From Bradymonadia bacterium (GTDB taxonomy: Bacteria; Myxococcota_A; Bradymonadia; UBA7976; UBA1532), in assembly GCA_046290225.1 (NCBI GenBank), contig JBKAGE010000037.1, positions 1 through 64,000 of the forward strand: a DNA stretch of 64,000 nucleotides, given 5' to 3'. Positions 39,056-49,069 of this stretch are shown here, in pieces (the stretch's first letter is position 1; each line of letters opens with the position of its first letter). A program made the translations under genes and the position numbers. A model generated the notes under the pieces. The model was not told where the DNA came from. It saw only the letters and a program-made list of their open reading frames with translations, and did not search any database.

Positions 39056-40637
39056 CGTGGGCACCAGACAGTCTCTGAATCGGTGCCGCATCGTAGCGGG
39101 GCGTGTCGCCTCGGGCCACCCCCCATGAAATCGCCGCACCGATGGCGCCCATCAGCCCACCGATGAGCAATGCCACGCGCCACGACAGGCCCTGCTCCTG
39201 GGGCTTCGCCTGTCGTTGGGTGATCAGGCGCGTGCCCTGAGGGCCACGCCGTTGAGGACGCATGTACGGCGCGGTGTCGGGACCCGAGCCCACAGGACGA
39301 TCGCCGTTCTGCGGGCCATGGACCGCCACCTGCTTTGCGGGGCCTTGAGCGCCGACGAGCACCGATCGCTCCGGGCGTTGAGGGGTCGGGTGATCCATGT
39401 TCGGCGAAGCGGCATCTTTGCCAGGGGGCGAGATGGGCGGCAGATCCATCATGGTGCCGCCGAGGGCCTTCTTGGGCTGCGCGGACGCCTCCCCTTCAGA
39501 CTGGAGAGTGCCTTTGAGGGCTTCGGCGAGCAGCTCCGCTGTCTGCAAGCGGCCCTCTGGGCGTTTGGTCAATGCTCGCCGTACCTCTGCACGCAGCGCT
39601 GTGGAGATGCTCAGTTGCTCTGGCAACTCGGGAATCGGCGCCTCCACATGGGCGCGGAGCACCTCTTGAGCCTTCTCTCCGGTGAAGGGCAGCTCTCCGG
39701 CGAGCATCTCGAAGATCATCACCCCCATGGAGTAGAGATCGCTCGTCGGCGCGGCATCGTGACCCAGCACCCGCTCAGGTGCAGCATATGCAGTGGTGCC
39801 CACGATGAAGCCTCTGCGGGTGTGGATCGACGAGACCCGTATGGCATCGTCGGCCTTGAGCACCTTGGAGATACCGAAGTCCACCACCCTAATCCGGGGC
39901 TCGCCCGGCGGGTTGGGCTCAAGGATGATGTTCTCGGGCTTGAGATCCCGGTGCACGATGCCGCGTCGGTGTGCCTCGCCGAGGGCGTCGAGGACCTCGG
40001 CGGCGATGGGCACCGCCCGCTCTGGTCGCAGAGGGCCTTCCTCTTGGATGATCTCCTTGAGGGTGGGCCCGGCGATGTACTCCATGGCGATGTAGATCCA
40101 GGGTGGGCGGCCCCCTGATCTCGGCGATTCACCCGCGGAGACCAGCTTCACCGTCGCTGGATGCCTCAATGCGCCGATGGCCCTCGCTTCTTGAAAGAAA
40201 CGCGCCGCCCCTGACGGATCACGCCGGGCGCTCTCTTTGAGCACCTTCACCGCCACCACTCGGCCCACGGGCGCCTGCACCGCCCGATACACCACCCCGA
40301 AGCCGCCTTCACCGATGCGACCCACCAACAGGAACTGATCGCCAATACGCCGGCCCAGAAGCGGATCATTCGGGAAGGCCTTCAGATCATCTGCAAGGAC
40401 GAAGACAGACTCGTCATGAGGACACAGCCACTGATCTGCCTCGGGTATCTGGGTTTGATGTCCGCAGAGACGACAGGTGTAGAGGGGGGCTTCGGGATCT
40501 TTGATCGTCGCAGGCGCAGGACGCCGGGACCCTCGACGAGGGCGCTCACGCTCAGCAGGTTGACCTCGGGTGCGAGGTCGAGCGGTCCGGCGGGTGGACA
40601 AGAAAGCCTCCTGGCACATTGAGGTGCACTGCGACAT
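38988..40637 (-). CDS. Ser/Thr protein kinase with a C-terminal TM helix
   Basis: CRLC..CPHD N-terminus; GEGGFGVVY, AVK, HRDLKPEN, DFG, APE, SDLYSMG; start uncertain. Confidence 0.88.
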   Translation of the reverse strand: MSQCTSMCQEAFLSTRRTARPRTRGQPAERERPRRGSRRPAPATIKDPEAPLYTCRLCGHQTQIPEADQWLCPHDESVFVLADDLKAFPNDPLLGRRIGDQFLLVGRIGEGGFGVVYRAVQAPVGRVVAVKVLKESARRDPSGAARFFQEARAIGALRHPATVKLVSAGESPRSGGRPPWIYIAMEYIAGPTLKEIIQEEGPLRPERAVPIAAEVLDALGEAHRRGIVHRDLKPENIILEPNPPGEPRIRVVDFGISKVLKADDAIRVSSIHTRRGFIVGTTAYAAPERVLGHDAAPTSDLYSMGVMIFEMLAGELPFTGEKAQEVLRAHVEAPIPELPEQLSISTALRAEVRRALTKRPEGRLQTAELLAEALKGTLQSEGEASAQPKKALGGTMMDLPPISPPGKDAASPNMDHPTPQRPERSVLVGAQGPAKQVAVHGPQNGDRPVGSGPDTAPYMRPQRRGPQGTRLITQRQAKPQEQGLSWRVALLIGGLMGAIGAAISWGVARGDTPRYDAAPIQRLSGAHDAHSKPPDAHRSSADVGPRGLR

Positions 40638-40665
40638 GCACTGTGGCAGCTGAGGCGCAGCGTGA

Positions 40666-43443
40666 TCAGGGCTGCTCGAGCGCCACGCTCAGAATGTACG
40701 CCCCTTGCCACCCCTGGTTGAAGCCCACATCGAAATATCCATCAACAAAGATGAACACGGGCACACCAGCGGAGAGCTCGATCGTGGCGGCGCTGCGCAG
40801 ATCATCCTGACTGAGGTTGTCATTGCACGCCAGTTCCACCTCAGGCCCTTCGAAGGCACACAAACTACGTACGTACAGCACCGGATCAGCAAAGACATCG
40901 GGGCTGGACACCTCGATCCGCCACTGACCATCTTCTGGTGGCGTAAAGGTGTACACATCAGCACCGGCCCCACCACCACACAGACCCTGTGTCAGCGCTG
41001 GCTGCCCTGTCGTGTCGCCATTGACGCGCCAGTCGCCCCAATCCATGAATGGGGTCAGATCTGTAACCTCCCAAGCCTCGGGGCAGGCAGGCTCGGGCAG
41101 CACGCATCGAGGTGGCTCATCCGTCAGGCAAAGCTCGGGCGCAGGGCAGAGGCTCAATGCCCCGAGGGGATCGCACGCATCACCGGACATCAACAGTCTG
41201 GGGGACTGAATGGGCTGGATCACCGGCTCGCTGAAAACACCGCTCTGATCGAAGAAACGCACACGGGCCAGCTCGGCAGAGGCCAGCGCAGGATCTGGAG
41301 GCCACAACACCCTCACCTCTCCCGTCAGTCGGTTCTGAGGATCCATGACGAGGCGATCAAAGCCCACGCCTACCAGCGGCCCGTCTTCGAGGTGCAGGAG
41401 ATCACCCTCTGTATCGAGGGGGACCACTTCAAAGCCTGCAAGGGGGTTGAGCGCCCGAGCCTCAAAGATCATGCCGAGGGCCAGCGTCTCGCCGTTCAGA
41501 TAGACCTCGAGCAGCTCGATCTCCGGCCGTGGTGGGGGCACACAGCGCCCCTGACCTTCTTCATCAACCTCACAACGACTCTGAAAACGGCAGCGACTCT
41601 CGAGCCACAGCGGATCACATGGCTCGCCGTCTTCCGCCACAGGCTGTGGTCTCACAGGCACATTGAGGGGGTCGCTCGTGAGCCCGAACTGATCGTAGAG
41701 CTGCAACTGCACCGCCGCAGGTGTCTGTACCCCACCGAGCCTGATCGAAGTCACCGCCCTGAAGGCCCGTTGGCCGACGATGGGGCTGAAGGGTTCCAGG
41801 GCGACCTCCACTGGCTGCGGCTCGCCCATGACGTCCGGCCACATGATGGGCATCCCCCGGTCATCGAAGAAGCTCACCATCAGCCCCTCAGCATCGAGGG
41901 TGTCGTCAAAGCCTTCAGCGAGGATCACCAGCACCCCCGAGCCGTCGAGGGCATCACCTTCCACCAGCACAGGCGCCGTGGCCAGCACGCACACCGCGCC
42001 ATCAGGGTTTGCCTCGCAGAATGCATCTGAGGTGCAGCGATCATCCACCTCGTTCAGATCACATGGGGCACCGATCTCGCTGACCGGTTGAGGCTCGAGG
42101 GGGATCAGCAGCGGAGGGCTCATGTTGCCTCTGGCGTCGAGCAAGCTGACCTGCACGTGCAGCCCCAGTTGAGCGATCTCCGGCGCCACCCAGAGTGACC
42201 ATCTCAGGAAGATGTCCACCTCACCGAGGGTGACAGCGCTCACGTCGATCAGCGCGCTGAGGCGGTCGTCGAGGGGGTAGATTCGGATGGGGATCCCAAC
42301 ATCGTCGAGCACGCTCACCTCGAACGCCACCACGTCCGCGCCGGGATCAGTGCCCTCGAGCCGCATCGCCAGCCGCTCTCCGTCGAGGGTGGCGAACCCA
42401 TCTTCGATGATGGGGCTCACATCGAGCACACAGCGCCCTTGCCCCGGCGGCGCGTTGCCCTGCATCAACACCCGAGACTGACAGTAGTGACCGTCAGTAC
42501 ACCGATTCTCCACCCCCTCCACATCACAGAGCTCGCCGGGCTCGACTTCTGGCAAGCGGCTCACGATGAGGGTGAACTCTCCGCCACCCGGCACCTCGGA
42601 ATCTACGAAGAGATACACCGTCTGTTCCGCCTCCAGGAACAGGCTGAGCGCGCTCTGAAGACCCCGCGCGTTGTCATTGCACCCGAGCATCACCCCATCA
42701 GTGCACTGATCTTCCACATAGAGCACCGTGTCGTGCCGAGTGCCTGGGTCGACGGTGCTGATACGCCAAAGGCCAGCGACAGGTGGCGTAAATCGAAAGC
42801 TGCTCTCTGGCCCGGTGCCGCCACACACCCCCTCGTGCACTGAGGGCCCGGGCAGCGTCTCGCTGGCATACCGAAGGCCCCAGCCTTCGAGAGGTTGGGC
42901 GATGTCCACGAGCTCTGGGAACCGCTCTGGCTCACAGAGCGACATGCCCGGATCGTCCGCGTCGGGCGCCTCAGCGTCAGACAGCTCCAACTCAGCGTCC
43001 AGCTCGACCAGCCCTACGTCCACCATGCCCGCGTCAGATACAGCCATGGCATCGATGATGCTCACATCGGCATCAACCACTTCGGGCATACTGGCATCGG
43101 ACACACTCGTCTCAGTCTCGTCAACAGAGGCATCCTGTACCGCGGCATCACGTGAAGCCCCGTCAGAGACAACGCTCTCAGCATCTTCGTGCTCTGCGTC
43201 TGTTTGCCCGAACACATCAGCATCCATGTGTTCAGCATCATAAGAGGAGGCATCAGGTGAGTGAACCGGGCTCGCGTCGTTTCGGGAAAGCGAGGTATCA
43301 GCTGGGGTCTCGGGGGCACAGCCCCAGGCCAGCATCAACCCTATGCATCCCCAGAAGAACGTCTTGATGACAGTCACTCTCTTGGTCCCGAATGGCGACT
43401 GGACGAGTGTGCGCCTTTCATCGCATCTCTGCAAAGGGCACAT
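40666..43443 (-). CDS. Large acidic modular lipoprotein
   Basis: AWGC lipobox; Asp/Ala linker; two FTPP..G.WRI..VLYV..CNDN domains flanking Cys-module/beta-domain repeats; true start probably slightly downstream. Confidence 0.7.
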   Translation of the reverse strand: MCPLQRCDERRTLVQSPFGTKRVTVIKTFFWGCIGLMLAWGCAPETPADTSLSRNDASPVHSPDASSYDAEHMDADVFGQTDAEHEDAESVVSDGASRDAAVQDASVDETETSVSDASMPEVVDADVSIIDAMAVSDAGMVDVGLVELDAELELSDAEAPDADDPGMSLCEPERFPELVDIAQPLEGWGLRYASETLPGPSVHEGVCGGTGPESSFRFTPPVAGLWRISTVDPGTRHDTVLYVEDQCTDGVMLGCNDNARGLQSALSLFLEAEQTVYLFVDSEVPGGGEFTLIVSRLPEVEPGELCDVEGVENRCTDGHYCQSRVLMQGNAPPGQGRCVLDVSPIIEDGFATLDGERLAMRLEGTDPGADVVAFEVSVLDDVGIPIRIYPLDDRLSALIDVSAVTLGEVDIFLRWSLWVAPEIAQLGLHVQVSLLDARGNMSPPLLIPLEPQPVSEIGAPCDLNEVDDRCTSDAFCEANPDGAVCVLATAPVLVEGDALDGSGVLVILAEGFDDTLDAEGLMVSFFDDRGMPIMWPDVMGEPQPVEVALEPFSPIVGQRAFRAVTSIRLGGVQTPAAVQLQLYDQFGLTSDPLNVPVRPQPVAEDGEPCDPLWLESRCRFQSRCEVDEEGQGRCVPPPRPEIELLEVYLNGETLALGMIFEARALNPLAGFEVVPLDTEGDLLHLEDGPLVGVGFDRLVMDPQNRLTGEVRVLWPPDPALASAELARVRFFDQSGVFSEPVIQPIQSPRLLMSGDACDPLGALSLCPAPELCLTDEPPRCVLPEPACPEAWEVTDLTPFMDWGDWRVNGDTTGQPALTQGLCGGGAGADVYTFTPPEDGQWRIEVSSPDVFADPVLYVRSLCAFEGPEVELACNDNLSQDDLRSAATIELSAGVPVFIFVDGYFDVGFNQGWQGAYILSVALEQP

Positions 43444-43497
43444 CAGCCATTGACCAGAGTCTTCGGCATTTTGGGGGGGTCAACCGTAGAAAAGCGG

Positions 43498-45069
43498 TCA
43501 CTCCGTTGGTGCTGCCCACACCGTTATACGGCGGATCGACATGCGGCCGCTCCAGACATACGCCCCCACTCGATCGCGCTCTGCGCCACCACCGGGGCCA
43601 GGATCGATGATGCTGACCCGGTATTGGCCGTCCCAGCCGATGCGGGCGAAGTTGTCGGTCCGCCAGGCCCTCACCGTGTAGAGCACGCCCGTCTCCGGCG
43701 CCAGGCCTTCTTCGAGGCCCGCCCGGGTGTCGTCGACGTTGATGGCCGTCCGGGCGCGCTCGTTGGTCCCAAAGCCGAAGTAGTAACCCTGCAAGACCGG
43801 ATCATCCGAGGTGCTGTTGACCAGCAGGGACAGCTCGTTGTCCCCCTCTGCTTCGATCTCCACCAGCACCCGACCCGGCACGCTCACTGGCGCCAGGAGG
43901 AAGCCCTCAGTGCCTTCTTCGGCCGTGCCCACCAACACGCCGTTCTCGACCACCCAGTCACCGCTGGCGATCTCCCAGGCGGAGAGGTCTGCGTTGCGCT
44001 CGAAGGTCTGGTGAAACACCGGCTCCCAGGCCAGCATGCTGTCTTCCATCACCCGATCGCCGAGGCCACCGTCGTCACGTGCCGGCGCCAGGGCGTGGTA
44101 CTCCACGTACTTGTAGAAGTCGATCCACGCCTCGGTGATCGCGAGGAATGCATCCTCAGAGGGGTAGCGCCCGTTGGGCAGATCGAGATCGAGCATGGCT
44201 CGATCGGCCACCACTTGGCCCAAATCGAAGAGCGGGATCTGATTCTGCTCCGCCAGCAGGCGAATGATGGCGTTCGCCGAGTCCACCAGCTGAAAATCAC
44301 CGGGGTTCGGCTGCAAGATCGGCGGCAGGGTCATGAGCATGGGCATCGTGCCCTGAGCGAGGCAGGCGTCGATGATCGTCTGTAGATCGGTCTGGTAAGC
44401 CTCGTCGGTGTAGGTGCCGTTGATGATGTCGTTGGTGCCGAAGAGGATCGTGGCCAGCTCGGCCTGCGCCTCCGGAATCACCACCGGCGCCTGCATGGCG
44501 CCCCACCCGGAGCCGCGTCCGAATGCCGCGCCGACGCTCTTCTCGAAGTGAATGTACCCTTCACCCTCAGAGATACCGCTGCCCTCGTAAGGGGCAGTAC
44601 GGTGCGTCCTCAAGAAGGCGCCGCTCGCCGAGATGCCATCACCCAGGGCGAGGATCGACTTGGCGGTGTTCTCGGGGTTGTAGCGGCCGATGTTCGTCGC
44701 GTACCAGTCTTCGGGGAACAGGCCGTAAATCGAAGGGTTGGGCTCGGGCAACATCTCGCCCCCCTCCCAGAATGGGTCGGACCAGGGCATGAGCTCTGGG
44801 GGGGTGTCCTCCACCATACCCCCAGCACCAGCCTCGCCGCCGGCACCACCGACATCACCACCTGTGGCGCCTTCACCACCAGCGCCGCCTTCGCCGACTC
44901 CACCAGCACCGGCCATGCCACCTGAGCCGCCATCGACGCCGCCCATATCTCCAGCATCGGCCTCATTGCCACCTGAGACAGTCGCGTCGTCGTCACACCC
45001 CGCCTGGGCGAGGCACAAAATCATCAGGGCCGAGAGCACACTCGATCCGGACAGCGCACCACGTTTCAT
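43498..45069 (-). CDS. Lipoprotein with a degenerate SGNH/GDSL domain and a ConA-like beta-sandwich
   Basis: QAGC lipobox; LGDGIS (block I), FGTND (block III); WEIASGDWVVENGVL starts the second domain. Confidence 0.7.
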   Translation of the reverse strand: MKRGALSGSSVLSALMILCLAQAGCDDDATVSGGNEADAGDMGGVDGGSGGMAGAGGVGEGGAGGEGATGGDVGGAGGEAGAGGMVEDTPPELMPWSDPFWEGGEMLPEPNPSIYGLFPEDWYATNIGRYNPENTAKSILALGDGISASGAFLRTHRTAPYEGSGISEGEGYIHFEKSVGAAFGRGSGWGAMQAPVVIPEAQAELATILFGTNDIINGTYTDEAYQTDLQTIIDACLAQGTMPMLMTLPPILQPNPGDFQLVDSANAIIRLLAEQNQIPLFDLGQVVADRAMLDLDLPNGRYPSEDAFLAITEAWIDFYKYVEYHALAPARDDGGLGDRVMEDSMLAWEPVFHQTFERNADLSAWEIASGDWVVENGVLVGTAEEGTEGFLLAPVSVPGRVLVEIEAEGDNELSLLVNSTSDDPVLQGYYFGFGTNERARTAINVDDTRAGLEEGLAPETGVLYTVRAWRTDNFARIGWDGQYRVSIIDPGPGGGAERDRVGAYVWSGRMSIRRITVWAAPTE

Positions 45070-45170
45070 ACCTGAGCTCCCTCTATACTCTGCTCGGAGC
45101 GGCATGATAGCGGAGAAGACGGGTCTTACATAGACCTACCTAGCACCACAAACGACATCTCATTGAAATT

Positions 45171-45869
45171 TCAAGACTCTTTTACGAGTTCAGGCACACG
45201 AACGACAGCGCTCCATTCGGTGACCCCCACGCCGAGATTCTTCGCCGCGCGACCTGCAGTGCGCAACAACCGCACAGCTTGAACCGCCTCGACGCAGTAG
45301 CGACCACGGCAGTAGGCCACGATCTCCCTGCCCTCGAGCAGCTCGTCCAGGCGTGTTTCGAGCTCGCTCAGCGGCACCGACATCGCCCCAGGAATGTGCC
45401 CATCGGCGAACTCGTCCTTGGAGCGCACGTCGAGAAGCACCACCTCGTTCTTGCGCACACGCTCCAACAGCGCTTTGGCATCGAGGGCATCGACATGCTC
45501 TGGGCTCTCGTAGAACGATTGCACCATGGCGCTGAAGACCGGATCGCTCTCTGCTGCCCGATCCTGCATCTTCAACCAGAAGGTCCTCATCCCTTCATCG
45601 GCGATGCGATAGAGCACCTGACGACCAGAGCGCCGATAACGAACGATGTTGGCGTTGTGCAGAATCTTGAGCTGCGCGCTCGTGTTCGCCCGACTCTGGC
45701 CGACCCGGTTGGCCAACCCGTCTACAGACTGCTCCTCCACCTGCATGAGGCAGGCGACGAGTTGAATGCGTACAGGGTTCGTAAAGGCGGCGGCGAGACG
45801 TGCGATCGCTTCGAATCGGGCCCGCTGCACCTCATCCTTGAGCGCAGAGAGGGTGTTGGGATGGGTCAT
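45171..45869 (-). CDS. ArsR/SmtB regulator fused to a rhodanese domain
   Basis: NPVRIQL..SRANTSAQLKIL..GRQVLY; LDVR..EF..GHIPGA; YCRGRYC. Confidence 0.88.
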   Translation of the reverse strand: MTHPNTLSALKDEVQRARFEAIARLAAAFTNPVRIQLVACLMQVEEQSVDGLANRVGQSRANTSAQLKILHNANIVRYRRSGRQVLYRIADEGMRTFWLKMQDRAAESDPVFSAMVQSFYESPEHVDALDAKALLERVRKNEVVLLDVRSKDEFADGHIPGAMSVPLSELETRLDELLEGREIVAYCRGRYCVEAVQAVRLLRTAGRAAKNLGVGVTEWSAVVRVPELVKES

Positions 45870-46104
45870 TTCATGGGTCAAGGGTCAGACCTGACGACTT
45901 GGTGCTCGCTTGGATGGGTGAGCACGCAATTAAGGTGTATGTGCAATCCCTCATATTTCGCCCGAAGTTCTGTGGAATCGCAACATCATCTGTCTCACTC
46001 TGTCCCCCGATGTTGCGACACTGTTTTGATGATTTGAACGTAACGCCATGTGTCTTGATGCGTTTCACCTCTGTGAAACCCGCATATGTGCAGATCGTGC
46101 AGGG

Positions 46105-46121
46105 TCGGCACGCACAATGCA
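46105..46121 (+). promoter_or_regulatory. sigma54 -24/-12 promoter
   Basis: TCGGCACGCACAATGCA with GG-N10-GC spacing; 10-bp inverted repeat upstream at 45978-46018. Confidence 0.5.
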
Positions 46122-46249
46122 AACCCCACTCGTCACTGCACGGTGACACGTCATGACCGGGCCGAGACCCACTGAATTTGAGTTGAAGCTTCACCACACC
46201 GTATTTCGTTTAACGCCAAAAACCCCATATCCCCCATGAGGCAGAACCC

Positions 46250-46756
46250 ATGTACCCCTTTTCCCGCATGCTTGCCTGGTCCTGCCTGCTCTCGACCATG
46301 ACGTGGGCCCACACAGCTTTTGCTGGCGGTGAGCACGTCGTCTCCACCAAATTCGTTCACCTGTCGACCCACTCCGCCGACCAGGCCGATCACACGTTCT
46401 ATGGTGCGGGGTTGATGTACGAGTTCCCTCTCGTGCACCACGTCGTGGAGATGGAATTCGCTGTAGAAGGCCTCGTGGCCGACGGGGTCTACGCCACACC
46501 TGTGGACGTACGCCTCAAGGTGCCCTTCCACCTGAACCGGAACACGGATCTGTATGTGGGCGCAGGTGCGGTGGCCGACACGGTCTACGACCATGGAGAC
46601 ACACGGGTCTACCCGGGCATGGTCTCCACGGTAGGGGCCTATTTGTGGAGCGCAGACACGCTCGGCGTGGTCCTCGAGGTGGATTACCTCGTGATCTCCG
46701 AAGAGCGTACAGTGCACGAAATCGAGAGCGGCATCGGTGTCGCCTACCGCTACTGA
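46250..46756 (+). CDS. Small outer-membrane beta-barrel-like protein
   Basis: Signal peptide ending TAFA-; amphipathic strands (YGAGLMYEF, LYVGAG, VVLEVDY); C-terminal GIGVAYRY. Confidence 0.6.
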   Translation: MYPFSRMLAWSCLLSTMTWAHTAFAGGEHVVSTKFVHLSTHSADQADHTFYGAGLMYEFPLVHHVVEMEFAVEGLVADGVYATPVDVRLKVPFHLNRNTDLYVGAGAVADTVYDHGDTRVYPGMVSTVGAYLWSADTLGVVLEVDYLVISEERTVHEIESGIGVAYRY

Positions 46757-46888
46757 CGACACCGCAGAGCACGCCCTCACTGAAACCTGCCTCTTCAAAG
46801 CGCAATCGCCTTGATTCGACCCGGCCCTCAATGGAAGATCGGCGGCCAGTGTGACCGAAAAGCACACACCGTTGGTGGAGGTGAGACA

Positions 46889-49069
46889 GTGAGAACCCGG
46901 GGAACCCTCCTGGCCGGTTTGGCGGCCCTCTTGAGCGTGGGGGTGGCGAGCCCACCCCAGGCCCACGCCCAGAACTGTGAATATCCTGGCATTCTGGTGG
47001 TGTTGGACCGCTCGATCAGCATGTACAGCGGCCGCATCGGTGGCACACGCAAGTGGGACATTGCCCGTGACGCCACAGCCTCGATGCTCAACGCCCACGG
47101 TGATGCGGCCCACTTCGGCCTGATGCTCTACCCCGGCCCGTCAGGGAACGGTGCTCAGGGTGTCGAAGGTGCTGTGGGCGCGTGCAACTACAACCGGCAA
47201 GATGCCGGCTGCACCCCCCTGGCCCCCCGCTGCACCACCGGCGAGGTGGTGGTGGACATCGGCGCCAACACCCGCAATGCCATCATCGGCCAGCTCGACT
47301 GGCCTGACGGGCTGAGCAACTCGTACACCCCCACCTGGCAATCTCTCGAGGCAGCTCGGCGCTACCCTCAGCTCACGCTGCAGAACCGCCGCAACTTCGT
47401 GATCCTGGTCACAGACGGCTACCAGTGCTGTGGCCTCATCAGCGAGAACGGCAACCTCAGCTGCGAGCCCGAGAACTCCAACCTGATCCCCGACAAGGTG
47501 GAGGCCCTCACCGACGCCGGCATCACCACCTACGTGGTGGGCTTCGGCAGCTCCACCGACGTGCGCACGCTGCATCGCGCAGCGATCCGCGCGGGGACCA
47601 CCCGCCCGGGCTGCAACGTCAACGTGGACAACCCCGGCGCTGGCCAGGAATGCTACTACCAGGCCAGCGACGCCCAGTCGCTCAACCGTTTCCTCGACGA
47701 CATCGTCCGCGACATCTCGGAAGAGGTCTGTGACGGCCAGGACAACGACTGTGACGGGGTCACCGATGAGCGCCTGAGCCGGGCCTGCAACGGCGCCTGT
47801 GGCGCCGGTGTCGAGGAATGCTTCAACGGCCGCTGGGGCAACTGCGACGCCCCAGGTGCTGATCCCGAGGTCTGCAACGGCCGCGACGACGACTGCGACA
47901 ACAACGCCGACGAGGGCCTCTTCCGTGACTGCGCCACAAACTGTGGTCAAGGGGTCGAGAGCTGCGTGAACGGCAACTGGGGCGCCTGTGACGCCCCTGA
48001 TCCGGAGCCGGAGCGCTGCGACGGCGTCGACAACAACTGCAACGGTGTGGTCGATGAAGGCTGTGACTGCCGCTCTGGCGACGAGCGCCCCTGTGGTCAG
48101 GACCAGGGCGCGTGTCAGTCGGGCACTCAGATCTGCCAGAACGACGGCACCTGGAGCGACTGCCAGGGCGCCGTGGGTCCGAGCCCCGAGGTCTGTGACG
48201 GCGTCGACAACGACTGCGACGGCATCATCGACCGCCTGGAGCGCACCTGCTCCACGGCCTGTGGCAACGGCACCGAGCTGTGCGAGCGCGGCGAGTGGGT
48301 GGGCTGCGACGCCCCAGACCTGCGCGCCGAGGTGTGCAACGGCGAAGATGACGACTGCGATGGCCGCTTCGACGAGGGCGTGAGCCGCCCCTGCAGCAGC
48401 ATCTGCGGCGATGGCGTCGAGGAGTGCATCAACGGGCAGTTCTCCAACTGCACCGCGCCCAACCCCATCGAAGAGATCTGCAACAACGGCCGCGACGACA
48501 ACTGCAACGGCCAGGTGGACGAGATGTGCGAGTGCCAGAACGGGCAGCAGCAGCCCTGCGGCAGCGATCTCGGCACCTGCCAGCTCGGGGTGCAAACCTG
48601 CGTGAACAACCAGTGGAGCGACTGTGTGGGGGCCATCGCCCCGGGCACGGAGAGCTGCAATGGTCTGGACGATGACTGTGACGGCATCACCGACGAAGGT
48701 GATCTTTGCGCTGCAGGCCAGGCCTGTGGCTGCGGCGCCTGTGTGGACGCCTGCATCAACAACGAGTGCGACGGCGACGGCGTCTGCACCCGAGGCTTCT
48801 GCATCGAAGACAACTGCCCGGACGGCCTCGTCTGTGAGATGGGCAACTGCGTGCCCGGTGAGGGCGAGGGCAACGGCGGCTCCGGGGGCAGCTTCGGCAC
48901 CCTCCGGGACATGGGCGCTGGTGGCGCTGGCGGTGAGGGGGCCGACAACGGCCCCGTGACCGGCGACAACGGCTGCAACTGCGACGCCACGGGCCGGACC
49001 CGTGGGGGCGAGCTGTGGCTGCTGGCCCTGCTGGGCCTCGGCGCCATCCGTCGTCGCCGAGCCCGTTGA
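46889..49069 (+). CDS. Surface protein: VWA domain, Cys-rich repeats and MYXO-CTERM
   Basis: GGAGGT RBS; MIDAS DRSIS and TDG; seven E.C(D/N)G.D(N/D)(D/N)C(D/N)..D-type repeats; GCNC..LWLLALLGL..RRRR. Confidence 0.85.
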   Translation: MRTRGTLLAGLAALLSVGVASPPQAHAQNCEYPGILVVLDRSISMYSGRIGGTRKWDIARDATASMLNAHGDAAHFGLMLYPGPSGNGAQGVEGAVGACNYNRQDAGCTPLAPRCTTGEVVVDIGANTRNAIIGQLDWPDGLSNSYTPTWQSLEAARRYPQLTLQNRRNFVILVTDGYQCCGLISENGNLSCEPENSNLIPDKVEALTDAGITTYVVGFGSSTDVRTLHRAAIRAGTTRPGCNVNVDNPGAGQECYYQASDAQSLNRFLDDIVRDISEEVCDGQDNDCDGVTDERLSRACNGACGAGVEECFNGRWGNCDAPGADPEVCNGRDDDCDNNADEGLFRDCATNCGQGVESCVNGNWGACDAPDPEPERCDGVDNNCNGVVDEGCDCRSGDERPCGQDQGACQSGTQICQNDGTWSDCQGAVGPSPEVCDGVDNDCDGIIDRLERTCSTACGNGTELCERGEWVGCDAPDLRAEVCNGEDDDCDGRFDEGVSRPCSSICGDGVEECINGQFSNCTAPNPIEEICNNGRDDNCNGQVDEMCECQNGQQQPCGSDLGTCQLGVQTCVNNQWSDCVGAIAPGTESCNGLDDDCDGITDEGDLCAAGQACGCGACVDACINNECDGDGVCTRGFCIEDNCPDGLVCEMGNCVPGEGEGNGGSGGSFGTLRDMGAGGAGGEGADNGPVTGDNGCNCDATGRTRGGELWLLALLGLGAIRRRRAR

